Assembly: GCA_964511465.1 (NCBI GenBank) | Contig: CAZEFJ010000004.1 | Span: 1-29,478 of the forward strand | Direction: 5' to 3' | From: an uncultured Hyphomicrobiales bacterium | Lineage (GTDB): Bacteria > Pseudomonadota > Alphaproteobacteria > Rhodospirillales > 2-02-FULL-58-16 | Length of the DNA stretch: 29,478 bases | Part shown: positions 7,673 through 17,654 of the stretch, in pieces | How positions within the stretch are numbered: the stretch's first letter is position 1 | How the letters are laid out: every line of letters begins with the position of its first letter | Notes under the pieces: model-generated | Database searches by the model: none | Seen by the model: only the letters and a program-made list of their open reading frames with translations | What the model was told of the DNA's origin: nothing | Made by a program: the position numbers and the translations under genes

Positions 7673-10600
7673 ATGCCTAAACGCGAAGACATAAAATCGA
7701 TCATGATCATCGGGGCCGGGCCGATTGTTATCGGCCAGGCCTGCGAGTTCGACTATTCCGGGGCCCAGGCCTGCAAGGTGCTCAAGCAAGAGGAATATCG
7801 GGTAATCCTGGTGAATTCCAACCCGGCGACGATAATGACCGACCCGGGACTGGCCGACGCCACTTATGTCGAGCCGATCACGCTTGATATTCTTGAAAAA
7901 GTGATCGCCGCCGAGCGCCCGGATGCACTGTTGCCTACAATGGGCGGGCAAACCGCACTTAACGCAGCGATGGAACTGCACAAAGAGGGTATCCTAGACA
8001 AGTACGGGGTAGAGATGATCGGAGCCTCGCCAGAAGCTATCGACAAGGCAGAGGATCGCCATAAATTTCGCGATGCAATGAATAAAATCGGCCTGCAAAC
8101 GCCAAATAGTATGGCAGCGACATCTATGGACGAGGCCCGCGCGGCACTTGATAATATCGGCCTGCCGCTGATTATCCGGCCATCGTTCACCCTTGGCGGA
8201 ATCGGCGGCGGGGTCGCCTACAATCGGGCCGAGTTCGAAGCCATCGTCCGCAGCGGACTGGACGCGTCCCCCATCAGCGAAGTCCTGATCGAAGAATCGG
8301 TCGTCGGATGGAAAGAATTCGAGATGGAGGTGGTCCGCGACAAGGCCGACAACTGCATCATCATATGTTCGATTGAAAATATCGACCCGATGGGTGTCCA
8401 TACCGGCGATTCGATAACCGTCGCCCCGGCCCTTAGCCTGACCGACAAGGAATACCAGATCATGCGCAACGCCTCGATCGCGGTGCTGCGCGAGATCGGG
8501 GTCGAGACCGGCGGCTCGAACGTTCAGTTCGCGGTCAACCCCAAGGACGGACGGCTGGTCGTAATCGAGATGAACCCAAGGGTCTCGCGCTCATCGGCGC
8601 TGGCCTCGAAGGCGACCGGATTTCCCATCGCCAAGGTCGCGGCAAGACTGGCCGTCGGTTACCGCCTGGATGAGATGGATAACGATATAACCGGGATAAC
8701 CCCTGCCAGCTTCGAGCCAACCATCGACTACATAGTCACTAAAATACCCCGCTTTACCTTCGAGAAGTTTCCCGGCACCGAGCCGGTGCTGAGCACCTCG
8801 ATGAAATCTGTCGGCGAGGCCATGGCGATTGGCCGCAGCTTTGCCGAATCCCTGCAAAAGGGCCTGCGTTCCATGGAAACCGGGCTTGCCGGGCTTGACG
8901 AGATCGACATTGAAAGCATCGAATCAAGCCCCAAGACGGCGATCCGCGCCGCCCTCGCCAAAAACCGGCCGGACAGACTGCTGATAATCGCCCAGGCTTT
9001 CCGAACCGGACTGAAAGCCGAGGAAATAGGCCGGATATGCCATTACGATCCATGGTTCCTGGAGCAGATCAGGCATCTGGTGGAAAGCGAGGAAAAAATC
9101 AGAAAACAAGGCCTGCCCGGCAACGCCCCGGAAATGATGGCGCTGAAAGCTGCCGGATTTTCCGACGAAAGACTGTCTGTGCTTACCGGCAAAACCGTCA
9201 AGGAAGTGGCGCTGAGGCGCAAAATTCTCAATGTCCATCCGGTTTTCAAGCGGGTCGATACCTGTGGAGGAGAATTCCCGGCGCTGACCCCCTATCTTTA
9301 TTCCACCTACGAAGGTGACGGCATAAACGAGCCGGAATGCGAGGCAAGGCCCTCCGAGCGCGCCAAGGTGGTAATCCTCGGCGGCGGACCTAACCGTATC
9401 GGCCAGGGCATAGAATTCGACTATTGCTGCGTCCACGCATCATATGCGCTCAAGGATTCCGGGATCGAATCGATCATGATCAACTGCAACCCGGAAACCG
9501 TATCCACCGACTATGACACTTCCGACCGGCTATATTTCGAGCCGCTGACCGAGGAAGACGTGATCGAGGTAATCAGGGCCGAACAAAAATCCGGTGAGCT
9601 AAAGGGAGTAATAGTCCAGTTGGGAGGACAAACCCCGCTTAAACTGGCTCAAAGGCTGAAAGCCGCAGATATTCCCATCCTCGGCACCTCGCCCGACGCA
9701 ATTGATCTGGCCGAAGACCGGGAACGCTTTCAGTCGCTTCTTGATCGTCTTGGTCTTCTTCAGCCGGCCAACGGCATGGCCCGCTCGTTTGAAGAGGCGG
9801 AAACCATAGCCAAACGCGTAGGTTATCCGGTGGTCATTCGCCCGTCCTATGTTCTCGGCGGCCGGGCGATGGAAATCGTTCATGACGACAAGTCGCTTAT
9901 GTACTACATGAGCCACGCGGTTAAAGTTTCGGGGGAAAGCCCGATTTTGATCGACTCGTACCTTCAGGACGCTATCGAAATTGATGTCGACGCGATCTCG
10001 GACGGCGAGGACGTGTATGTCGCCGGAATCATGCAGCATATAGAGGAAGCGGGCGTCCATTCCGGCGATTCCGCATGCTCGCTGCCGCCATATTCGCTGG
10101 CTGACGAGGTGATCGAGGAAATATCGAAACAGACAAAGGCACTGGCACTGGCACTAAACGTGGTCGGGCTGATGAATGTCCAGTTCGCGGTCAAGGACAA
10201 AGATATATATATTCTTGAAGTAAATCCCAGAGCCAGCCGCACCGTTCCCTTCGTCGCCAAGGCGACAGGGGTGCCGATAGCCAAGATTGCAACCCGTGTC
10301 ATGACCGGCGAAAAACTGAAAAGTTTCAATCTTTGCAATAAATCCATTGTCGATCATGTAGCGGTCAAGGAGGCGGTCTTCCCGTTTTCGAGATTCCCCG
10401 GCGTCGACATAATCCTTGGTCCCGAAATGAAATCCACCGGCGAGGTCATGGGCATAGACGCGGACTTTGGCCGGGCTTTTGCCAAGTCGCAACTGGCGGC
10501 GGGAATGAGCCTCCCCGATCAGGGCTGTGCCTTTATCTCGGTAAAGGACCGCGACAAGAAAGCGGTCGGTGAACTGGCACGACGCCTCGAAAGACTGGGA

Positions 10601-10924
10601 TTCGAACTGATAGCAACCTCAGGCACTGCAAAATATCTGGAAAATATCGGGCTTGAAGTCAAGCGGGTGAACAAGGTGCTTGAGGGACGGCCCCACTGCG
10701 AAGACGCGATCAACGACGGTGACGTTCATCTTGTCATCAACACCACCGAGGGAGCCCAGGCCATTGCCGACAGCTTCTCCATCCGCCGGGCCGCACTGGT
10801 AAACAACATTTCCTACTACACCACCATTGCCGGGGCGGCGGCGGCGGTGGGGGCGATTGAATCCTTAACCAAAGGCGGACTTGATGTTGCACCGCTGCAA
10901 TCATATTTTGAGGGTTCTTATTGA
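7673..10924 (+). CDS. carB: Carbamoyl-phosphate synthase large subunit
   Basis: 1083 aa. [30 protein letters not shown], two ATP-grasp domains ([21 protein letters not shown]) and a C-terminal MGS domain. Confidence 0.99.
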   Translation: MPKREDIKSIMIIGAGPIVIGQACEFDYSGAQACKVLKQEEYRVILVNSNPATIMTDPGLADATYVEPITLDILEKVIAAERPDALLPTMGGQTALNAAMELHKEGILDKYGVEMIGASPEAIDKAEDRHKFRDAMNKIGLQTPNSMAATSMDEARAALDNIGLPLIIRPSFTLGGIGGGVAYNRAEFEAIVRSGLDASPISEVLIEESVVGWKEFEMEVVRDKADNCIIICSIENIDPMGVHTGDSITVAPALSLTDKEYQIMRNASIAVLREIGVETGGSNVQFAVNPKDGRLVVIEMNPRVSRSSALASKATGFPIAKVAARLAVGYRLDEMDNDITGITPASFEPTIDYIVTKIPRFTFEKFPGTEPVLSTSMKSVGEAMAIGRSFAESLQKGLRSMETGLAGLDEIDIESIESSPKTAIRAALAKNRPDRLLIIAQAFRTGLKAEEIGRICHYDPWFLEQIRHLVESEEKIRKQGLPGNAPEMMALKAAGFSDERLSVLTGKTVKEVALRRKILNVHPVFKRVDTCGGEFPALTPYLYSTYEGDGINEPECEARPSERAKVVILGGGPNRIGQGIEFDYCCVHASYALKDSGIESIMINCNPETVSTDYDTSDRLYFEPLTEEDVIEVIRAEQKSGELKGVIVQLGGQTPLKLAQRLKAADIPILGTSPDAIDLAEDRERFQSLLDRLGLLQPANGMARSFEEAETIAKRVGYPVVIRPSYVLGGRAMEIVHDDKSLMYYMSHAVKVSGESPILIDSYLQDAIEIDVDAISDGEDVYVAGIMQHIEEAGVHSGDSACSLPPYSLADEVIEEISKQTKALALALNVVGLMNVQFAVKDKDIYILEVNPRASRTVPFVAKATGVPIAKIATRVMTGEKLKSFNLCNKSIVDHVAVKEAVFPFSRFPGVDIILGPEMKSTGEVMGIDADFGRAFAKSQLAAGMSLPDQGCAFISVKDRDKKAVGELARRLERLGFELIATSGTAKYLENIGLEVKRVNKVLEGRPHCEDAINDGDVHLVINTTEGAQAIADSFSIRRAALVNNISYYTTIAGAAAAVGAIESLTKGGLDVAPLQSYFEGSY

Positions 10925-10950
10925 CAGCCTCGTCAAATGCTTTCTATCTA
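10921..10950 (+). promoter_or_regulatory. Candidate greA promoter overlapping the carB stop codon
   Basis: TTGACA-N18-TATCTA; motif match only. Confidence 0.4.
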
Positions 10951-11023
10951 TTCTAAACTACTATAAATTGGCGCCCCGGCAGGGCGGTGCATCTTTTATA
11001 TCTGGTTAACGAAGGTTCTAACG

Positions 11024-11497
11024 ATGAAAAAAATACCGATCACAAAGGAAGGCTTGGCGAATCTTGAAAAGGAATTGAACCGCCTCGAAACCGAAGAGCG
11101 CCCGGCGATAATCAGGGCCATTGCCGAGGCGCGTGAGCATGGCGACCTTTCAGAAAACGCCGAGTATCATGCGGCACGGGAACGGCAAAGCTTCGTCGAA
11201 GGACGAGTGGTCGAACTGAAGGGCATAATAAGCAACGCCGAGGCGATAGACATTTCCAAACTTTCCGGTGAGGTGATTCGCTTTGGAGCCGACGTCATAC
11301 TTGCCGACGACGACACCGACGAAGAAAAAACATACCGTATAGTCGGCATGCCCGAGGCCGACATATCCAATGGTCTGCTGTCCATAACCTCGCCGCTGGG
11401 CCGCGCCCTGATAGGCAAAACAACCGGTGATTCGGTAGAGGTTACGACGCCCGGAGGGTCCAAATCATACGAAATAGTCAAGGCATCTTACCGCTAG
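11024..11497 (+). CDS. greA: Transcription elongation factor GreA
   Basis: AREHGDLSENAEYHAARE motif with the catalytic acidic residues, plus SITSPLGRALIG; typical position after carB. Confidence 0.97.
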   Translation: MKKIPITKEGLANLEKELNRLETEERPAIIRAIAEAREHGDLSENAEYHAARERQSFVEGRVVELKGIISNAEAIDISKLSGEVIRFGADVILADDDTDEEKTYRIVGMPEADISNGLLSITSPLGRALIGKTTGDSVEVTTPGGSKSYEIVKASYR

Positions 11498-11659
11498 AGT
11501 CTTTCCGGATTAAATTGACCCATCTACGTCAGAGCAATTTTGGTTCATGGCAAGGAAGGTGTCGCAGGGCGTAGCCTTTGCTACGGCCAAGGCACCTGAC
11601 GCAGCCATGGGCCGAAAGGGCCTGTCGGAATGGCTCAATTTAATCCGGAAAGACTCTGG
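11494..11659. mobile_element. MITE/REPIN-like non-coding element with perfect 23-bp terminal inverted repeats
   Basis: AGAGTCTTTCCGGATTAAATTGA (11496-11518) is the exact reverse complement of 11635-11657, and 27/28 match when extended inward. The interior folds into a long nested stem. The repeat is directly visible; mobility is inferred. Confidence 0.7.
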
Positions 11660-11669
11660 CGCACTAAAT

Positions 11670-11942
11670 CTACTCCGTGCCGATTCTAGGTTTACCGCCT
11701 GTGCCGGACGAACTTGGTCCGAACGCCTTGTCCAGAACGGAGGTCGATTCTTCGGCCAACCCGATTGCCTCGCCCAGCAGGATCAGGATGCGGGTGTTGT
11801 TATCCAGCACGTGACGCGCTTCGGGGCGGGTGTCATCGACTATTCTGGTACACCGGTAAATAATGTCCCGGCGAATCGCGATCAATATTTCCTCAAGCTT
11901 TAATCCATCGGGATTTTCTTTAGAAATCAGATATGTAACCAT
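11670..11942 (-). CDS. Small hypothetical protein (90 aa), predicted helical and soluble
   Basis: Clean ORF filling the gap between greA and mnmA, preceded by an AT-rich divergent promoter region. No motif I can assign with confidence. Confidence 0.7.
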   Translation of the reverse strand: MVTYLISKENPDGLKLEEILIAIRRDIIYRCTRIVDDTRPEARHVLDNNTRILILLGEAIGLAEESTSVLDKAFGPSSSGTGGKPRIGTE

Positions 11943-11959
11943 CTACAATTTTCCTGCCG

Positions 11960-11976
11960 AATATTGACAATATTGA
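11960..11976. promoter_or_regulatory. Palindromic operator-like site in the divergent promoter region
   Basis: AATATTG-A-CAATATT is a perfect 7-bp inverted repeat and also a 9-bp-period direct repeat of AATATTGA; it contains TTGACA. Confidence 0.35.
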
Positions 11977-12021
11977 TATGAGCTTTAGCACAAACGACCA
12001 TAATCTTCTATATTTTAGGGT

Positions 12022-13152
12022 ATGAACAGCCTTGGATTTGATAAATCGGAAGCCGACACCCGGGTCGTCGTCGCAATGTCGGGCGGTGTTGATTCGTCAA
12101 CCGTTGCCGCGATGCTGGCGGACCAGGGTTACGATGTCGTCGGTATAACGCTTCAGCTTTACGATATGGGAGAAACCAGGGCAAGAGCCGGAACATGCTG
12201 CGCCGGCGAGGATATCCACGATGCCCGTCGGGTCGCCGAGATGATATCCATTCCCCATTATGTGCTCGACTTCGAGGATAAATTCCGCACCCAGGTAATT
12301 GATGATTTTGTCGATTCATATATTCACGGCGAAACCCCCAATCCCTGCGTCAAGTGCAACCAGACGGTAAAGTTTACCGATCTGCTGGCCAGGGCCCGTG
12401 CCCTTGGCGCCGACGCGCTGGCCACCGGACATTACGCCCGACGGGTGGAAGGGGCCGACGGCCCCGGACTTTACCGGGCCACCGACAAGTCTCGCGACCA
12501 AAGCTATTTTCTCTTTGCAACCACCATCGAGCAGCTTCAAATGCTTAGGTTTCCCCTTGGCGGCATGGAAAAGGACGAAACCCGCAAACTGGCCCAACGC
12601 TACACCCTGCCGGTAGCCGACAAGCCCGACAGCCAGGATATCTGTTTCGTTCCCGAAGGCCGTTACGCCGATGTCGTCGCCTCTCTTCGCGCCGAAGCGA
12701 TGATCCCCGGCGATATCGTCGACAAGGCGGGCAATGTCCTTGGCCAGCACCGGGGGGTGGCCGGATTTACCGTCGGTCAGCGCCGGGGGCTGGGGATATC
12801 ATCACCCGCCCCGCTTTACGTCAGCCAACTTAACCCGGAGAAAAATCAGGTGGTGGTCGGACCAAAAGACAACCTTCTCAAGGACCGCCTGAGGGTTCGT
12901 GATGTCCATTGGCTGGCCCCGTGCAGCGACGGCCTTGAGGTCCAGGTTAAACTGAGATCGACAACAGCGCCGGTTCCGGCAATCCTTGCCCGACTGGAAA
13001 ACGGTGCGGTAGAGGTCTCGCTAAACCAACCGCAGTCCGGGGTCGCCCCCGGTCAGGCTTGCGTCTTCTACGACCACGACAGGGTGCTGGGTGGCGGTTG
13101 GATCGAAAGATACCCGAATACGGAAAACCGCAATGAACGAGCTGAAGCGTAA
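12022..13152 (+). CDS. mnmA: tRNA-specific 2-thiouridylase MnmA
   Basis: PP-loop [31 protein letters not shown]-like [21 protein letters not shown] and PGQACV motifs. Confidence 0.97.
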   Translation: MNSLGFDKSEADTRVVVAMSGGVDSSTVAAMLADQGYDVVGITLQLYDMGETRARAGTCCAGEDIHDARRVAEMISIPHYVLDFEDKFRTQVIDDFVDSYIHGETPNPCVKCNQTVKFTDLLARARALGADALATGHYARRVEGADGPGLYRATDKSRDQSYFLFATTIEQLQMLRFPLGGMEKDETRKLAQRYTLPVADKPDSQDICFVPEGRYADVVASLRAEAMIPGDIVDKAGNVLGQHRGVAGFTVGQRRGLGISSPAPLYVSQLNPEKNQVVVGPKDNLLKDRLRVRDVHWLAPCSDGLEVQVKLRSTTAPVPAILARLENGAVEVSLNQPQSGVAPGQACVFYDHDRVLGGGWIERYPNTENRNERAEA

Positions 13153-13831
13153 CAAAGCGCATCTGCGACTGTTGGAGACGATCGACCGCGAGGCCCGTGA
13201 AACCGCCTCGCTGACCGGCAGAAAGCGGTTTTCAGACCTGGTCATGACGGCAATGTCGAAGGTTCCAAGACATCAATTCGTGCTGCCCGAAGACGTCGAT
13301 TACGCATACATCAACCGACCCAGGGGGATCGGCCACGGCCAGACCATATCCCAACCCTACATAGTCGCCCTGATGACCGACCTTTTAGACCTTAGCGGCA
13401 ATGAAAAGGTACTCGAGATAGGCACCGGCTCCGGCTATCAGACCGCCGTCCTGGCCGAGGCCGCGGGCCATGTCTATTCCGTCGAAACCATAGAGGAACT
13501 GGCAATCGGCGCAGACCGGCGGTTGCGTCGCCTGGGCTATGATAATATCGATATAATATCGGCGGACGGCTTCAAGGGGTGGCGCGACAACATGCCCTAT
13601 GATGCGATCATGGTAACCGCCGCCCCTGAAAGCATCCCCGAGGCGCTGATCGAACAGCTTGGCCCGGGGGGGCGGATGGCGATACCCGTCGGCGGAAAAG
13701 ACCAAACCCAAATACTGTGCCGCGGCTACAAGGACACACAAGCAGGCTTTAAAATCAGCCGGTTACTGCCGGTAGTCTTCGTTCCCATGGTTGCTGCCAA
13801 AGGCATTGCAATTGACCATCACGGGGTATAA
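13133..13831 (+). CDS. pcm: Protein-L-isoaspartate(D-aspartate) O-methyltransferase
   Basis: [23 protein letters not shown] motif [21 protein letters not shown] and FVPMV. Start placed at ATG 13133, overlapping the mnmA end by 20 nt; the ORF track starts at 13091. Confidence 0.93.
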   Translation: MNELKRNKAHLRLLETIDREARETASLTGRKRFSDLVMTAMSKVPRHQFVLPEDVDYAYINRPRGIGHGQTISQPYIVALMTDLLDLSGNEKVLEIGTGSGYQTAVLAEAAGHVYSVETIEELAIGADRRLRRLGYDNIDIISADGFKGWRDNMPYDAIMVTAAPESIPEALIEQLGPGGRMAIPVGGKDQTQILCRGYKDTQAGFKISRLLPVVFVPMVAAKGIAIDHHGV

Positions 13832-14023
13832 TCATGTTAGCATCAAACGCTGCCGTGTGAAGAACGCCCGTCCGGGAAAATATTGTTCTCGGGAACAGGG
13901 TCACCGGGGGTTTTCAGCCGGACGACCATTTGTATTATCGGAAAAATTGTCGTAAACGGCGACACCGGCACGTATGGCATAGGGGGTGGGCGTTTTGGTC
14001 CGCGCCAACGGATCAGTTTGTAG

Positions 14024-16045
14024 ATGAACCATTTGGCTTCAGTCATGGGCGGTTCCGCCCTTTTGTTCTGCCTTGGGATTGCGGCCTGCGCCATCCGGCC
14101 TGATCGGCGGTGGGTTCGTCTGGTCTATGGCCTGTCCGCGATTATCAGTGCGGCTATCCTGGCCGGCGCAATAATCGCCCTGTTTTCGTCCGCCGCGCCG
14201 TCAACGGTTGTTCTGCCCATAGGTCTGCCCTGGGTCGGTGTTCATTTGCGCCTTGACGCCCTGTCCGCGTTTTTTCTCATTGTCGTCAATTTCGGCGGCG
14301 CCACGGCCGGACTATACGGTATCGGTTACGGTACGCACGAAGAACAACCGCGGCGGGTATTGCCGTTCTTTCCGGTGTTCATAGCGGCAATGAACCTGGT
14401 GGTAGTGGCCGACGACGCGTTCACCTTCCTCTTTGCATGGGAAATCATGTCACTGACATCGTGGGCCCTGGTGATGTCCGCCAGCCCGCGTGACAAGGAC
14501 ACCTCAAAGGCCGGTCTTACCTATCTGATGATGGCCGGATTCGGGGCCTTTATGCTTTTGTTCGCCTTTGGAATCATGGCCGGAACGGACGGCGGATATT
14601 CCTTTGCCGCAATCCGCGAACATGACCTGCCAAGCTGGGCCGGGTCCGTCGTTCTGCTGCTGGTTATTCTCGGCAGTGGGTCCAAGGCGGGAATATTTCC
14701 CCTTCATGTCTGGCTTCCCCTGGCCCATCCCGCCGCGCCAAGTCATGTATCATCGCTGATGAGCGGAGTAATGACCAAGGTTGCCGTATACGGTTTCATC
14801 CGCATAATTTTTGATCTGGCGGGAAGCAGCCTTACCTGGTGGTGGTCGATACCGGTCCTTATCATCGGCGGTGTGACTGCGGTTCTTGGCGTTCTTTACG
14901 CCCTTATGCAGCATGATCTTAAAAAACTTCTCGCCTATCATACGGTTGAAAATATCGGCATAATTTTCATCGGTCTGGGACTGGCAATGGCATTTCACGC
15001 CAACCGGCTTGATGCCAGCGCCGCCGTGGCGATGATCGCCGCCCTGCTGCATGTGTTTAATCACTCATTGTTCAAGAGCCTTCTGTTCATGGGATCGGGA
15101 GCGGTTATTCACGCCACAGGGGAGCGCGACATAGACCGTCTGGGTGGCCTGATTCACAGAATGCCGGTAACCGCATTTCTGTTCCTGGTCGGCTCGGTCG
15201 CCATTTCGGCGCTGCCGCCGTTTAACGGGTTCGTCTCGGAATGGCTGATCTTTCAGTCAATTCTTTCCCGGGAGGCACTGCCCCAGGCGGCCCTGACCTT
15301 TCTGTTCCCTGCCATCGGTGCGATGCTGGCCTTGGCGGCGGCCCTGGCGGCGACCTGTTTCGTCAAGGCGTTCGGCGTTACTTTTCTTGGTCGACCGAGA
15401 ACGACACAAGCTGAAAAGGCGGTTGAGACCGACGGCTTTTCTCTTAGCGCAATGGGAATACTGGCCTTTTTATGCCTGCTTATAGGCATTTTCCCGACCC
15501 TCGCGGTGCAGTGGATATCGCCCGTCGCCGAGCAATTGTTTTCCGCCTCGCTGCCGGGCCAGAGCATTGTCACAACGCCTCTTTCACTGGTTCCGTTCAG
15601 CCCGGATCAAAGCTCGTATAATGGCTTTTTCATCCTTGCATTCCTGCTGATTTCCGGCTCGTTGAGCGCCTGGTTCATTCATCGTTTCGCCTCCGGGGCG
15701 GTTCGCAGAGGACCGGCATGGGACTGTGGAACCCCCGCTGAATCCCCGGCCAGCCAGTATACCTCGGCAAGTTTCAGCCAGCCGATCCGGAGAATATTCG
15801 GCAGTATCCTGTTTCTTGCCCGTGAGCGGGTGGATATGCCCGCACCGGGAGATACCAGGGCCGCCGGATTTACCGTAAAAACCACGGACCCGGCATGGGC
15901 CTTGATTTTCACTCCTCTGACAAACCTTTTGGAAACAATAACCTGCAGCATTAACTTCCTTCAGTTTCTCACCGTCCGGCGCTTTCTTTCGCTGATGTTC
16001 GCGGCGCTTGTCAGCCTTTTGATCGTGGTCGCAATATGGAACTGA
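14024..16045 (+). CDS. hyfB: HyfB-like antiporter-like membrane subunit (NuoL/MrpA family) of an Ehr complex
   Basis: 673 aa, highly hydrophobic. FLFAWEIMSL, SKAGIFPLHVWLPLAHPAAPSHVSSLMSGVMTK, LLAYHTVENIG, LPPFNGFVSEW and WDCG motifs. Confidence 0.9.
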   Translation: MNHLASVMGGSALLFCLGIAACAIRPDRRWVRLVYGLSAIISAAILAGAIIALFSSAAPSTVVLPIGLPWVGVHLRLDALSAFFLIVVNFGGATAGLYGIGYGTHEEQPRRVLPFFPVFIAAMNLVVVADDAFTFLFAWEIMSLTSWALVMSASPRDKDTSKAGLTYLMMAGFGAFMLLFAFGIMAGTDGGYSFAAIREHDLPSWAGSVVLLLVILGSGSKAGIFPLHVWLPLAHPAAPSHVSSLMSGVMTKVAVYGFIRIIFDLAGSSLTWWWSIPVLIIGGVTAVLGVLYALMQHDLKKLLAYHTVENIGIIFIGLGLAMAFHANRLDASAAVAMIAALLHVFNHSLFKSLLFMGSGAVIHATGERDIDRLGGLIHRMPVTAFLFLVGSVAISALPPFNGFVSEWLIFQSILSREALPQAALTFLFPAIGAMLALAAALAATCFVKAFGVTFLGRPRTTQAEKAVETDGFSLSAMGILAFLCLLIGIFPTLAVQWISPVAEQLFSASLPGQSIVTTPLSLVPFSPDQSSYNGFFILAFLLISGSLSAWFIHRFASGAVRRGPAWDCGTPAESPASQYTSASFSQPIRRIFGSILFLARERVDMPAPGDTRAAGFTVKTTDPAWALIFTPLTNLLETITCSINFLQFLTVRRFLSLMFAALVSLLIVVAIWN

Positions 16046-16995
16046 TATCCGATATCATCGTACAAGGCGTACAGATCGTCATTGTCCTGCTTGTCGCGCC
16101 CCTGTTGAGCGGGATTATTCGCAAGGTGAAAGCCCATCTTCTGCTTCGCCGGGGTGCGTCGGTGTTTCAGCCTTACCACGAACTTTGGCGGCTGCTGCGC
16201 AAGGAAGCGCTTATTGCGGATAACGCTTCGTGGCTATACCGGATCGTTCCATATGTGATGTTCTCGGCAACATGGGTGGCGACGGCCATGGTACCGACTT
16301 TTACGACCGGGCTTTTATTCAACTGGACAGCGGACCTGCTGGCCATTGTCGCCCTTCTGGGAACCGCCCGCTTCGCTCTTGCGCTGGCCGGTATGGATGT
16401 CGGCACCAGCTTTGGCGGAATTGGATCGTCCCGCGAAATGATGATCGCCTCGCTTGCCGAACCGGCAATGCTGATGATTGTTTTTACCATCGGGATGATC
16501 GCCCAGACGACCCAGCTTTCCTCAATCGCAAGCTATATCGCGACCAATCCGATTGGACTGCGGGTTTCTCTCGGGCTTGTCTTCGTCGCCCTTGTCATAG
16601 TTTCCCTGGCGGAAAATGCCCGGATACCGGTTGACAACCCCTCCACTCATCTTGAACTGACCATGGTCCACGAGGCAATGGTGCTTGAATATTCGGGCCG
16701 ACATCTTGCCCTGGTCGAATTTACCTCATACCTCAAGCTGGTTCTTTACCTGTCCATTTTCGGCAGCATCTTCGCTCCTTTCGGAATTTCTTCCGATGCC
16801 GGATCACTCGGCGACGACGCAATCGGGATCATTGCCTATCTGGTAAAACTTGCGCTTGCCGGCACATTGCTTGCCATCGGCGAGACCGCGGTCGCCAAGA
16901 TGCGGGTTTTCCGGGTCGCTGAATTCCTTGGAGGGGCGCTGGTACTTGGGCTTCTGGCGACGGTTCTGCTGTTCGTTTCGCGAGGGATGTTATGA
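16036..16995 (+). CDS. hyfC: HyfC/HycD-like membrane subunit (NuoH family)
   Basis: RRGASVFQPY, GGIGSSRE, AENARIPVDNPSTHLELTMVHEAMVLEYSG and KMRVFRV motifs. Confidence 0.9.
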   Translation: MELISDIIVQGVQIVIVLLVAPLLSGIIRKVKAHLLLRRGASVFQPYHELWRLLRKEALIADNASWLYRIVPYVMFSATWVATAMVPTFTTGLLFNWTADLLAIVALLGTARFALALAGMDVGTSFGGIGSSREMMIASLAEPAMLMIVFTIGMIAQTTQLSSIASYIATNPIGLRVSLGLVFVALVIVSLAENARIPVDNPSTHLELTMVHEAMVLEYSGRHLALVEFTSYLKLVLYLSIFGSIFAPFGISSDAGSLGDDAIGIIAYLVKLALAGTLLAIGETAVAKMRVFRVAEFLGGALVLGLLATVLLFVSRGML

Positions 16996-17654
16996 CCGGT
17001 ACAACTTCCAATTTATCGCATTTCCTGGCCGGGATGATCCTGGTTATAAGTTTCGTGCTGCTCTATCAGGAACGGATGTTCGGGCTTTTGAAGGTCTTTG
17101 CCATGCAGGCGATTGTACTTTCCGTGGCGGTCGCATGGCAGGCCTACACCCAGCACGCGTCCCACCTTTATGTTACCGCGGCAATCTCGCTTGTCGTCAA
17201 GGGCCTGATAATTCCCTGGGCCTTGTACCGGATCGTACCCAAGCTCGGAATCTACCGGAATATCGAAAAGGTTTTCGGAGTAGGGATGACGATGCTGGCC
17301 GGAGTCGGGCTGACGGTACTGGCTATCATGGTTATCATGCCGGTTACCGTCGGCGAAACAGGTGTCGTCCGTGAAGACCTGGCCTTCGCCTTCGCGGTTA
17401 TTCTGCTTGGCTTTCTGATGATGATAACCCGGCGTAACGCGGTCAGCCAGATTATCGGCTTCATGTCGCTGGAAAACGGCTTGATTCTTGCCGCCACCGG
17501 GGCCAGGGGAATGCCCCTGGTGGTCGAGATAAGCGTCGCCTTTTCGGTCCTTATCGCCTTTCTGGTTCTGGGTATTTTCCTCTTTCGCATACGCGAGAGA
17601 TTTGATTCCATCGATGTCGACAACCTCAACCGCTTTCGCGGTGACATGGAATGA
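16992..17654 (+). CDS. hyfE: HyfE-like membrane subunit
   Basis: 220 aa hydrophobic protein with KGLIIP, QIIGFMSLENG and GMPLVVEISVAF; ATGA-coupled to both neighbours. Confidence 0.85.
   Translation: MTGTTSNLSHFLAGMILVISFVLLYQERMFGLLKVFAMQAIVLSVAVAWQAYTQHASHLYVTAAISLVVKGLIIPWALYRIVPKLGIYRNIEKVFGVGMTMLAGVGLTVLAIMVIMPVTVGETGVVREDLAFAFAVILLGFLMMITRRNAVSQIIGFMSLENGLILAATGARGMPLVVEISVAFSVLIAFLVLGIFLFRIRERFDSIDVDNLNRFRGDME

Noticed and set aside
10921-10936. FNR/DNR/NnrR box
   Set aside because: The spacing is TTGAC-N6-GTCAA, whereas the FNR family requires TTGAT-N4-ATCAA.
11538-11617. SRP RNA, 6S RNA or a known riboswitch
   Set aside because: It lacks the SRP helix-8 GGAA tetraloop context and any aptamer consensus I recognise, lies downstream of convergent genes, and is enclosed by terminal inverted repeats. 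An Rfam search is still advisable.
1469-13152. Functional link between mnmA and the nearby CAT tRNA
   Set aside because: MnmA thiolates U34 of Lys, Glu and Gln tRNAs; tRNA-Ile2 has C34 modified by TilS. The proximity is coincidental.
13832-14023. FNR box or sigma54 promoter upstream of the ehr operon
   Set aside because: ATCAA at about 13842 has no matching TTGAT half-site. CCGGCACGTATGGCA has GG-to-GC spacing one base short of the strict -24/-12 rule.
13843-14094. 83-aa minus-strand ORF as a possible regulator upstream of ehr
   Set aside because: No HTH or other motif, Pro-rich composition, and it overlaps the hyfB start; probably spurious.
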